DNA from: Candidatus Saccharimonadota bacterium
GTDB lineage: Bacteria; Patescibacteriota; Saccharimonadia; Saccharimonadales; Saccharimonadaceae
DNA length: 64,000 nt
Assembly (NCBI GenBank): GCA_905372275.1
Contig: CAJPON010000001.1
Span: forward strand, 23,569 to 87,568
Direction: 5' to 3'
Shown here: positions 21,299-29,704 of the stretch, piece by piece
How positions within the stretch are numbered: the first letter of the stretch is position 1
Layout: each line of letters opens with the position of its first letter
Notes under the pieces: generated by a model
Seen by the model: the letters and a program-made list of their open reading frames with translations, nothing else
What the model was told of the DNA's origin: nothing
Database searches by the model: none
Translations under genes and position numbers: made by a program

Positions 21299-22141
21299 CT
21301 ATGGCGCGTATTTCTCGTATTCTCTCTGTAAATAAGGATTCGTGAAGTGCATGTAAATGAGCGTTGAGCGGATGTTTTCGTGCCCCATCATGGGCTGCAC
21401 TACCTCAGCGCGCGCACCGTTCATGAGCAGGTTAGTCGCAAATGTGTGGCGTAACGTATGCGGCGAAACATGCTTGACTATACCGGCGCGCTCAGCACAA
21501 GCGGTAATAATCTGCGTAATATATTGGCGCGATAGCTTATCGCCGTCTTTATTTGTAAATAAATACTCCGTACGAGGTTTTGTTTTTAGATAGTTGTTTA
21601 TGGCGGTGCGAGCAGCCTGAGTAATAAACGTTATACGAGGCTTTCTTCCCTTACCGCTTCGCACAATTACGGATCGTTTATAGATATCGTCATAGTGCAG
21701 GTTAACCAATTCAGATACCCGTAACCCGCTTGCTATGATCGTACGAACGATTGCTCTTGTGCGCACTGATTCGTACCTCAACTGTTTGTAAAGCAGCTCC
21801 TGCTCCTCTGCTGTCAGAAAGTTTGCCTCTCTATTTCCTGGTCGCGGTACATCAATTCCCTCAGGACGCACATCAGTAAAACCGCGTCCATACAAGTAAC
21901 GCATAAAGCTACGGATCGTAGATATATTCGTGTGCCTGGTTTTTTGTGCGAGTCCGCAATCAGCGAGGTAAATTGCATACTCATCTATAGCGTGCAGGGT
22001 CAATTTTGATATGTCAACATCACCCATATAACGCTTTAGTTTCCGTAGGATACTGCGGTAAGTGATATCTGTTGTCTCAGTAGCATCACGGCGTTCAATC
22101 ATGTAGCGCATATAACGCTCTATCGCTTCTGATAATAGCAT
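21299..22141 (-). CDS. tyrosine integrase (XerC/D-like)
   Basis: SGLRVSEL, GKGRK.R, HTLRHTFAT, MGHENI.ST.IY; next to att. Confidence 0.95.
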   Translation of the reverse strand: MLLSEAIERYMRYMIERRDATETTDITYRSILRKLKRYMGDVDISKLTLHAIDEYAIYLADCGLAQKTRHTNISTIRSFMRYLYGRGFTDVRPEGIDVPRPGNREANFLTAEEQELLYKQLRYESVRTRAIVRTIIASGLRVSELVNLHYDDIYKRSVIVRSGKGRKPRITFITQAARTAINNYLKTKPRTEYLFTNKDGDKLSRQYITQIITACAERAGIVKHVSPHTLRHTFATNLLMNGARAEVVQPMMGHENIRSTLIYMHFTNPYLQREYEKYAP

Positions 22142-22528
22142 AGAAACTCCTTCACCCTCCGCTTAGATTTAATACATCTCACCTCCTATTACCATTTTTT
22201 TAACCATTAGCTCCCCTTATCCCTGCTATACCCTACGGGCAGAGATTGCAACACTCCGAAATATTCTCAACCATGCAATCGTACTCCCCTTGAGCGTACT
22301 GCTCTCCATACAGTACGATGTGTTTGGCAATTCTTTATAGACTGAGCAGGTCGCTGGTTGCGGGGTGGCAGCGCCAGCACTTGAAGCTCAGCCTACAAAG
22401 TTATCCTTTCTGCTTTATTTTTCTGATCAGAACAGAGGACTGATCATGAGAATATGTTGTAAAATCCACTAATCCTATTGACAGAATTTAGTAGATTTAA
22501 CGATTCAGAGGGTTATTTTTGTTTATAT

Positions 22529-22562
22529 AAAAACAAACCTCCCTGGTGTTACCCAGTGAGGT
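22529..22562 (-). terminator. intrinsic terminator in the integrase leader
   Basis: ACCTCACTGG-GTAACA-CCAGGGAGGT followed by TTGTTTTT. Confidence 0.65.
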
Positions 22563-22580
22563 CGCCAATCAGTGAATTGT
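22557..22580. repeat. 24-nt inverted repeat, copy A (partner 56986-57009)
   Basis: tgaggtcgccaatcagtgaattgt is the exact reverse complement of 56986-57009. Confidence 0.9.
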
Positions 22581-22586
22581 ATCCTT

Positions 22587-22615
22587 ACACTATCAAACTA
22601 TTTATACCGTGTCAA
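22587..22615 (-). promoter_or_regulatory. sigma70-like promoter upstream of integrase leader
   Basis: TTGACA-17 nt-TAGTGT with TG extension. Confidence 0.6.
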
Positions 22616-22668
22616 CACTTTTTTCAAATTTCATGCTATGATGTTTATAGAGTTTTGGCATCAAAGTC

Positions 22669-23487
22669 TTAGTTTAAGGATTTTCGGTTAAGTGTATCTA
22701 AGCGATTTTTAACGTCATTGATATTCTCTTCTTCTGGAGGTAGATCTTCGGGCGCTATACCGCCAATGCGTTCAATGGCATCCCTTACTTCTCTCCCTAC
22801 ACAATAGTGGGTAGTGAGAGCCACTGTATTGCCTACTAATTTACCTTGATCTATTAACGCTCTCAGGCGTTCATTGGTTTGCGTTATCCTAAATTCATTT
22901 GCGGCTAGTTCAGTTGTACCAGCTCGGTCAAGTAATCTATCTTTTCCTATATTTTTGGTTACTTGTATTTCTGGCATTCTCATCTTGTACATACCTTGAT
23001 AACCGACATCAAAGAACAACACAGGATTTTCAACTCCTATTTCTCGTGCTGAAGCCAAAAGCTCATCATTCTCAATAGCAACTCTATTGCTTATTAAAAT
23101 TCTTTGCTGATTATATGCTAGACCGGCGACTTCGCCAGCTATCCGCTGTTTAATGACATTGGTTGCCCATTGCCTAAATTTAGTGGCAACTTTTGAGCTT
23201 ACTCTATACCCAACTGAAATAACAACATCAAGGTTGTAATGTATAACACCGTAATTCGGGCGGTTTTCCACAACTCCAAAGATTTTCTTTGAAGTGTTTT
23301 CTTTATCTAGTTCGTCTTCGGCATAGATATTCTTAATATGCTGTCCAATATTTTGCGGAGTTGTATCAAATAATGCGGCGATTTGATCGGTGTTTAGCCA
23401 CATCGTTTCTCCGTCAAAAGCTATATGGACTGGATCTGAAAGCTTTTTATCTATGTATATAATTAATTCGTTTTGCGATTGAGTCAT
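22669..23487 (-). CDS. RhuM-like N-terminus fused to DinD-like C-terminus
   Basis: ETMWL...YNLDVVISVGYRV.S..AT.FRQWAT, then GYQGMY, ELAANEFRITQ, VG.EVR.AI..IGG..PEDLP; leaderless start after TGGTATAAT. Confidence 0.75.
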   Translation of the reverse strand: MTQSQNELIIYIDKKLSDPVHIAFDGETMWLNTDQIAALFDTTPQNIGQHIKNIYAEDELDKENTSKKIFGVVENRPNYGVIHYNLDVVISVGYRVSSKVATKFRQWATNVIKQRIAGEVAGLAYNQQRILISNRVAIENDELLASAREIGVENPVLFFDVGYQGMYKMRMPEIQVTKNIGKDRLLDRAGTTELAANEFRITQTNERLRALIDQGKLVGNTVALTTHYCVGREVRDAIERIGGIAPEDLPPEEENINDVKNRLDTLNRKSLN

Positions 23488-23522
23488 TAATACAATTATA
23501 CCAGCAATATGGTATAGGAAAT

Positions 23523-23553
23523 AAAACAACCCCTGTCTTGTTGGGGTTGTTTT
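23523..23553. terminator. bidirectional intrinsic terminator
   Basis: aaaacaacccc...ggggttgtttt perfect stem with A/T tracts. Confidence 0.8.
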
Positions 23554-23586
23554 ATTAGACCGGATGATAGAGTAATCTACAGTATA

Positions 23587-23907
23587 CTACTTATTTTCAG
23601 TACCGTACACTCCACGTAGTTCACGCTCTGTTTTACGGTTATGAAGCCACATGATAGCTTCCTCAATCTTTGTAAGTGCTAGGCTGTTCTCACGCGACGG
23701 CAGTTCCTTATTGTATGCGTTGAGTCTCGCATATGCTACGATGAGCAGGTCTTCAATAAATACGCCGTTACGTTCAGTTGCAGCAGTGCCGCCTACGTGG
23801 AATTGGATATCAAGGACAGGCTTATTGTTGATGGTTTCTGTGTAGTGGTCTTCTTGTTCCGCTTTTACAGTTTCATGCAGTTTTTTAATTGCGTTGTAGT
23901 CTGACAT
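23587..23907 (-). CDS. Tad1/Acb2-like cyclic-nucleotide sponge (anti-defence)
   Basis: NGV..EDLL...RL...SRENSLALTKIEEAIMWL..R...RGV.GT pattern recalled for the Tad1 family. Confidence 0.7.
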   Translation of the reverse strand: MSDYNAIKKLHETVKAEQEDHYTETINNKPVLDIQFHVGGTAATERNGVFIEDLLIVAYARLNAYNKELPSRENSLALTKIEEAIMWLHNRKTERELRGVYGTENK

Positions 23908-24337
23908 AATAGTCTCCTTTGTTAAATAATATTTGCCGATTTGTTATAAAAGATTCACATATCAACCTCTTATGAATGTTAAATAATCGCTAGACGGTTA
24001 AATTATCCACTCACCCCCCAGGCAGTGCCGTTGGCTAGTCGTTTTCAGTGACGTAGGACGTGTCGAACAAACATGAGTCGTCTTTCGTCCAGTTGTCAAC
24101 ACCTGGCACGCCGCGGATAGTGAAGTCATGTGTGGCTTGATATGAATAGATTGTACCGAGCTGATAACCGCCGATATTAACAACCCCGTGCGCCGTGCCC
24201 CAACCATTGTTTCTGAACCCTAACGGCATGCCGTCTTTACCAAAGATTGATTTAACCGCGGAACGCGCACCAGTTGTTGGTATCTTTATTGTCATCGTCA
24301 GGTTTAGGGAGGGTTTCAAATGCTAATTGTTCGTACA

Positions 24338-25708
24338 TTATTTCCCCCTTGTAAAATGTGAGATACCGAGCGCGCTGGCGATTGTACCGACAGCGCTTGC
24401 TACGATTGTTGATACTTGGTTGCTGAGTTCATAGCTCGTAACGCCAAACACTGCGAGTAAGCTCATTGTCATGACAGCGATTGGTATGCCGATAACGCCC
24501 ATTAGATAAACGACGAGGCGCACATTATCAGGGATTGTCGGCTTCCAACCCTCTAGCTCAGTGAACTTATTGTCTTCTTTCATTTTTTCAAACTCCTCCT
24601 TACTTAATCCTGCCGCTGGTGCTGGTTTTTCTGTCATCTTCTTGTCCTCCTGCGTTAATGACTGGTTTTTATTGCTTTGACCCGCGTTATTCGCCTTTTT
24701 AGCTTCTTCTTCAGCGCGTTTTTTGGCGTCCTCAGCCTCTTTGGCTTTGTTTTTGGCTTCCTGCTCAGCTTTCACCTTTTCCTCAGCCTGGCGGGCTTTC
24801 TCAGCTGCTTCGCGGCGTGCTTCAGCTTCTAACGCTCTGCGTTCTGCTTCGGCTTGCTTGCCGGCGATAAGCTGGGTGTGCTCATTTGAGTTCAGCAGGT
24901 CTTGGCGTACCTGGTCTATCGTCCAGCCTTTAGTTACTTGCGACTTGTAGTGTGCTATACCGCCATCGTCTGCGTCGCGCTCTAAGATATCGCAGTAAGC
25001 TTGTTTAATTGCTGCTGTGATTTCAGCGTCTTTCTGTGCGGCTGCTGCCCGTGCTGCCTGAGCTTTGTTAGCTTCAAGTTGCTTACGTTCGTTACTGTTC
25101 ATGAGGTCGCTGCGGATTTGGTCGATAGTCCAACCCCCCGCTGCTTGCTGGCGGTAGTGATTGATACCGCCTTCATCGGCTTCGCGCTCTAGTACTTCGC
25201 GGTACACCCGTCTTATTTGGTCGTCTGATACGCTTGGGCGGTTGCCTACATAATTTCTCATGCGATAGAACCGCGGTGCACCCCTACGCCAATTAACATA
25301 GAGCGGGTCGATACGCGATGAATAAACCGTATTACCAGCTACGATACGAGTAGCCGAACCTGGCAAGGCTACATTCTGCTCGAAGACGCGGTCTCCGCTC
25401 AGCAGCACGCCGACATGCCCGTATCCGCCGCCATCTTGCTGCCAGACGACTAGGTCGCCTTGCTGCCTCTGACCGGCAGCGACTTCGTAGGCTAGACCTT
25501 GGCTTACTAACGTGTTGCCGAAGTCTTTAGCGTGCCCGCGACCCGCTCCGGGATTTGGCAGTTCGCACATCTCCGCGCCGAACCATTTAGCCAAACTGAC
25601 ACATTGACCAGTTAAGTCGCCATCGTTCATCGTGCCGTTAGAACTGCCTGGAAAGAATATTCCTAAGCGTTTTGCTGCGTAATCGTCTGCGTTTGGGTTG
25701 GTTGCCAT
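24338..25708 (-). CDS. endolysin (CHAP domain, two DUF4214-like repeats) fused to a holin-like TM C-terminus
   Basis: GQCVS and YGHVG catalytic Cys/His; tandem Y..L.R.AD.GG..HY repeats; two C-terminal TMs. Confidence 0.8.
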   Translation of the reverse strand: MATNPNADDYAAKRLGIFFPGSSNGTMNDGDLTGQCVSLAKWFGAEMCELPNPGAGRGHAKDFGNTLVSQGLAYEVAAGQRQQGDLVVWQQDGGGYGHVGVLLSGDRVFEQNVALPGSATRIVAGNTVYSSRIDPLYVNWRRGAPRFYRMRNYVGNRPSVSDDQIRRVYREVLEREADEGGINHYRQQAAGGWTIDQIRSDLMNSNERKQLEANKAQAARAAAAQKDAEITAAIKQAYCDILERDADDGGIAHYKSQVTKGWTIDQVRQDLLNSNEHTQLIAGKQAEAERRALEAEARREAAEKARQAEEKVKAEQEAKNKAKEAEDAKKRAEEEAKKANNAGQSNKNQSLTQEDKKMTEKPAPAAGLSKEEFEKMKEDNKFTELEGWKPTIPDNVRLVVYLMGVIGIPIAVMTMSLLAVFGVTSYELSNQVSTIVASAVGTIASALGISHFTRGK

Positions 25709-26097
25709 TATTTTTTGCCCTCCTTACTTTGAGCGTCTACATGATTAATGAAGTGATTAGCATAGTATTCTGCTGCGGCGTAGCCCCCTATCGCAAGCGC
25801 GCCGGCGATAACAATACTAATCGTACGTGTCTCAAAAGCTACCTTGAACTTCGTCCACATGCTTTGTTCGCGCAACATCTCTTTATTCTCTAACGTAGAG
25901 ATACGGTGTTCATGGTCTTGGTGAATGCTTTCGATAGCTTTAATGGTTGTATCATATTCATTGCGCGGTACGACTGAGATAGATTTAATAGCGTCTTGAA
26001 TATCATCGACGGCGGCTTTAATATGTGCAATGTCTGCTTGCATAGCGCCGTTCTTTTCGGCTTGTTCAAGCATGAATTTGTTGATTTGGTCGGTCAT
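25708..26097 (-). CDS. coiled-coil membrane protein of the lysis module
   Basis: C-terminal TM; translationally coupled to the lysin. Confidence 0.6.
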   Translation of the reverse strand: MTDQINKFMLEQAEKNGAMQADIAHIKAAVDDIQDAIKSISVVPRNEYDTTIKAIESIHQDHEHRISTLENKEMLREQSMWTKFKVAFETRTISIVIAGALAIGGYAAAEYYANHFINHVDAQSKEGKK

Positions 26098-26102
26098 TTG
26101 GG

Positions 26103-26924
26103 TTAATCCTTTTTCGGCATTGGGTCGTTAGTAAACCAAAAAGCAGAACCATGACGTTCGTCTATACCTGTTCGACTGCATGCGTTTCTAATTGTGCCGT
26201 CCGGCAAGAATCTCATCAGCCCATGACCCGTGATTACACGGTTGTTGAGAAGCGAGTAAGCCATATTGACAGACTCGACAGGACGCCACCCCTCAGGAAG
26301 CTTTATGCTAAATGAGTTGTCGTTCTTGTCATTGACATTGGTCGTACAGCTCATGCAAACCGTCACTAGGTCTCCTCGGCGAATAAGGTCTATTGAGAAC
26401 CCATCCGTAAGTGGCAACTTAAGCTTGCGTTCTTCTATGTTGAGATAGTCACTAGAAACTTTGCTGGATGTCACCTCACCCGAACTATCTGTCTGTAAGA
26501 TTCCAGCTGTAGAGCCGCCGTGGATAGATTTTAACGACACGGCTTTGTCTTTGATCGTTCCATCTGTATTGAATGTTATATCAAGCGCGTCCATCAGTTC
26601 GTCGACCCAAGATGAACTAATATGCATCACTACGACCGTTTTTCCACCGGGTTCGTACGCCTGGTCTGTACCTTGTAGTAATTTTAAGCCGGTAATATCT
26701 GAATTATTCAGCACGCCTTTCCATACGGTGTACGATCCTTCCTCTTCCTTACCCTCTGCAGTTTCACGGTATATGCTGAATATTACCGCTGTTCGCGTTT
26801 CCCAGTTGTTCGGGTTATCTATTGTCAGCGATGTTGCACCGACGGGTTTACCTGGGTTAGCAAGCGTTGTCTTTGTACCGCGCTTACCGACGCGCAGCAG
26901 TTTGTCGTGTATCTGTGCAGGCAT
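26103..26924 (-). CDS. putative tail fibre / receptor-binding protein
   Basis: Position after tail genes; C-terminal R.GD.VT...LPEGWRP beta-domain pattern. Confidence 0.55.
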   Translation of the reverse strand: MPAQIHDKLLRVGKRGTKTTLANPGKPVGATSLTIDNPNNWETRTAVIFSIYRETAEGKEEEGSYTVWKGVLNNSDITGLKLLQGTDQAYEPGGKTVVVMHISSSWVDELMDALDITFNTDGTIKDKAVSLKSIHGGSTAGILQTDSSGEVTSSKVSSDYLNIEERKLKLPLTDGFSIDLIRRGDLVTVCMSCTTNVNDKNDNSFSIKLPEGWRPVESVNMAYSLLNNRVITGHGLMRFLPDGTIRNACSRTGIDERHGSAFWFTNDPMPKKD

Positions 26925-26942
26925 TTATTCTTCTCCTTTCAT

Positions 26943-28949
26943 TTAATCGTCTCCCTGATACAATCCTGGTATGACTTTCCCGGTTATAAACACAGAGTTA
27001 AGCGCATACGAGGCTCTGCTATCGGTTGAAAACTCCACTTGTAGCTGCGACAATATCTCTCCAACTTCTTCGTTTGATGGCAATTGACCCTTTGCACGAC
27101 TTGTTGACGCTTTAAGCGGATAATCCCACTCTATCGTCGACCACTCTGTATCGTCCCAGCCTGTTGCAGATATAGCCGGCGTTATTTTTCTTGTCGTAAG
27201 GAGGACGGTTTCCTCGTTATCTTCACCGATTCCATAGATATTGACGCTTATTTCACCAAGAGGACGCAGCAAAAGCCACCGAACCATATCTATAGACGCC
27301 ATCTGTAGTGCCGAGTCGTCAAATGTTACTCCCGGCAATGATAACCGCGTCCTAAACGGTGTTCCATCGTCATCAAGCGCAGACTTATTAAACTCAAGTA
27401 TTCGATTCTCACTCACGATGCACCAGTGGGTCGCACCGCTTGAGTCTTCATATTTCCACATAAAATCAGCTGATATCGTCCAGCGCAGTGTCCATGCGCC
27501 ATTTCGCGAGTAGTCGTATATCCAAATCTCATTGTTTTTATCTGCACCAACTGGCAAACACCAGGCAATACGTCCATCGAGGTCTAATCCTATAGCTCTT
27601 GATAGTGCTGATAAGTTCAGTTTGTCGCAATCCGGCTGAATCGTATCAGTGATGTTATTTGTTACTAAAATATTGATCAGCTGCGCTTTTGAGCCGGTTG
27701 TCTTGAATGTTCTTCCTGTCGGGTAATAGAGCGAGTTATTTGCCTCTACGACTGCTAGGGGTGAGTATGTGCCGGACTGGCCATTTGCACGCAGGATGCT
27801 TGGATACGTAATGGTATAATCCCCTACTGCCTGGTCGACAAACGACATGTGGTACAAATCACCTGTTCCCGCCGAGCCATGCGTGAGAATTGTTACAGCG
27901 TATTTACCTTGTCCATCGCGAAATGGCTTTGCGCACACCGGTATACTGTCGCCACCATAGTTAATGTCTACCCAGCCGCCGCCATCAAACGGCGAGAAGT
28001 TACCGGCTTTATCGCCAGCCGCAGAGTACCATAGGCGGTATCTATCTTTCATGTCGCCGACGCCATACATTCCATCGTTTGTTGCACTCAAGAATGTAAT
28101 AACTGGACCTTCTGTTGAGTTTCCTTCAGGTGCTTTCTTATATGGATTAAGTGCTGCGCGGTTGTTGTCGACAAATTTTACTGTCGCCGTGGCAGCCTCG
28201 CTTGGCTGCGGAACATTTCCAAGATACTGCTCTTCACCGGCAACCGTACCAAAGTAGATATTGTAGCTCGTTGCACCTGCTACTTTCGGGAACGTTACAG
28301 TGATATACTGCGTGTTTGGATCCCATGAATTTCGATAGCTCCCAACGGTTACAAGTGCCGCTTCGCTTGCTGCTGTTTCGCCTACCGTGTTGTTTGCGCT
28401 TACTCGTATACGATAGGTTACCGTTGCGCCATCAAGTCCTTTCGCGCTTACTGTAGGCTTGGCGGGCGTTTGAATTGATGTGTAATCGACAAGCTTATTC
28501 TCTTTAATGTCAAAATACGACATTTTATCGCTGCCATTACTGATATATACGCGGTTATTCTCCTGTACGAATTGCACTTGACGATGTGGATTGTACGTAC
28601 CGCCTACATCCGTCCATTGTCCGCCGTCTCGGTTGTATAAAACATGTCCTTTGCCATTGATAACCTGCATCGTAATCACGTAGTGCTCCGGCGCCGTTGA
28701 TGGCACGACTTTTATAAATGTACTTACACCAATGACTTCGCCGAGCGGCTGCGTACCATAGCGCGTTGTACCTGGGCGTACTTGTGGTATACCGTCCTGA
28801 GTTAGCTCCATATTCGTCATATCAAGCAGGCAGTTCTTGCGGGCGCGGATTGCATCGACAAATGACATATACCCGCTGCTCCACTCTTTTAGAGCAATAT
28901 TAACGGGTGGTTTCGTGCGGCGCTGGCGATTTGTCTTTGTTGTTTTCAT
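26943..28949 (-). CDS. putative podovirus tail nozzle / DNA stabilisation protein
   Basis: 668 aa, beta-rich, N-terminal N......G....RPG; follows adaptor-sized gene. Confidence 0.6.
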   Translation of the reverse strand: MKTTKTNRQRRTKPPVNIALKEWSSGYMSFVDAIRARKNCLLDMTNMELTQDGIPQVRPGTTRYGTQPLGEVIGVSTFIKVVPSTAPEHYVITMQVINGKGHVLYNRDGGQWTDVGGTYNPHRQVQFVQENNRVYISNGSDKMSYFDIKENKLVDYTSIQTPAKPTVSAKGLDGATVTYRIRVSANNTVGETAASEAALVTVGSYRNSWDPNTQYITVTFPKVAGATSYNIYFGTVAGEEQYLGNVPQPSEAATATVKFVDNNRAALNPYKKAPEGNSTEGPVITFLSATNDGMYGVGDMKDRYRLWYSAAGDKAGNFSPFDGGGWVDINYGGDSIPVCAKPFRDGQGKYAVTILTHGSAGTGDLYHMSFVDQAVGDYTITYPSILRANGQSGTYSPLAVVEANNSLYYPTGRTFKTTGSKAQLINILVTNNITDTIQPDCDKLNLSALSRAIGLDLDGRIAWCLPVGADKNNEIWIYDYSRNGAWTLRWTISADFMWKYEDSSGATHWCIVSENRILEFNKSALDDDGTPFRTRLSLPGVTFDDSALQMASIDMVRWLLLRPLGEISVNIYGIGEDNEETVLLTTRKITPAISATGWDDTEWSTIEWDYPLKASTSRAKGQLPSNEEVGEILSQLQVEFSTDSRASYALNSVFITGKVIPGLYQGDD

Positions 28950-29581
28950 TACAACCTCGGCATACGGCTATACGCCCGCTTAAGTTTTCGCCCGCCACTA
29001 ATTTGCGACTTCATGTCGCGTGCTGCCATTTCCTGATATTCGTTGTTGGCTAATTCAAATATACGATCAGCTTCGTCGTCTTTTGCTGGGTCGTTTCGCG
29101 CAAGCATTGCTGCTGTTTGTAGAGCAAGCCAACGCGGATTGTCGCACGCGACTGTATCGTTCTCTCTCTTCATCTCCTCCGGGTATACAAGCGTCTCTAC
29201 AACCGCCGATCCGGTGTAATCTTCCGGATTGATAAGGTGTAGTACTTTCTCGCCCTTTGGGCCGGTAATATACGCTCCAGATTTTACGTCATACCGCTGC
29301 TTGAAATACACGATAGGCACTTGCTTATTTTGGTATGTACAGGATATTACTTTGCAGGTTTCTTCCGGCAGGCTTATCTGCCCGTTTACGATAGGTAGTG
29401 TAAGCGCTCCAGCATATAGACTTTCCCAATCATGGTCGGGATCTTCAGCCCAGCGGTCTTGATTATCATTAGCGAGCGATAAATATACTTCATATTTCGG
29501 TTCGCTTGGTTTTGGCGCTTTGCTGGACTGCTTGCCTTTATACGCCAAATGTATTTTCGCAATGAGGGTTCGTACGTTCAT
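28949..29581 (-). CDS. putative head-tail adaptor (tail tubular A-like)
   Basis: 210 aa, helical termini, coupled to nozzle gene. Confidence 0.5.
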   Translation of the reverse strand: MNVRTLIAKIHLAYKGKQSSKAPKPSEPKYEVYLSLANDNQDRWAEDPDHDWESLYAGALTLPIVNGQISLPEETCKVISCTYQNKQVPIVYFKQRYDVKSGAYITGPKGEKVLHLINPEDYTGSAVVETLVYPEEMKRENDTVACDNPRWLALQTAAMLARNDPAKDDEADRIFELANNEYQEMAARDMKSQISGGRKLKRAYSRMPRL

Positions 29582-29622
29582 TTACGTACTCCCGTGTATA
29601 AGTAAAACGCCGCTTGACTCAT
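29578..29622 (-). CDS. 14-aa leader ORF MSQAAFYLYTGVRK
   Basis: AAGGA SD 6 nt before ATG; stop overlaps the next start (ATGA). Confidence 0.5.
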   Translation of the reverse strand: MSQAAFYLYTGVRK

Positions 29623-29623
29623 G

Positions 29624-29663
29624 AATATTCCTTTCGGAACACTCCCACGTCGGGGCGGCGTTC
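29624..29663 (-). promoter_or_regulatory. late-leader RNA switch element (40-bp repeat containing the CGCCCCGACGTGGGA motif)
   Basis: Identical to 46773-46812; TTGCGA-17-AAAAAT promoter-like sequence at 29673-29701. Confidence 0.75.
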
Positions 29664-29704
29664 TTTACTTATATTTTTGCACAACACGAGCGTTTTCGCA
29701 AGCC

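Noticed and set aside
22508..22517. 10-nt complement of 56648-56657 as a second antisense seed
   Set aside because: Short enough to arise by chance and lies beyond the terminator
29596..29672. Hammerhead ribozyme or c-di-GMP riboswitch for the three-way fold
   Set aside because: Lacks the CUGAUGA/GAAA core arrangement and the GEMM consensus
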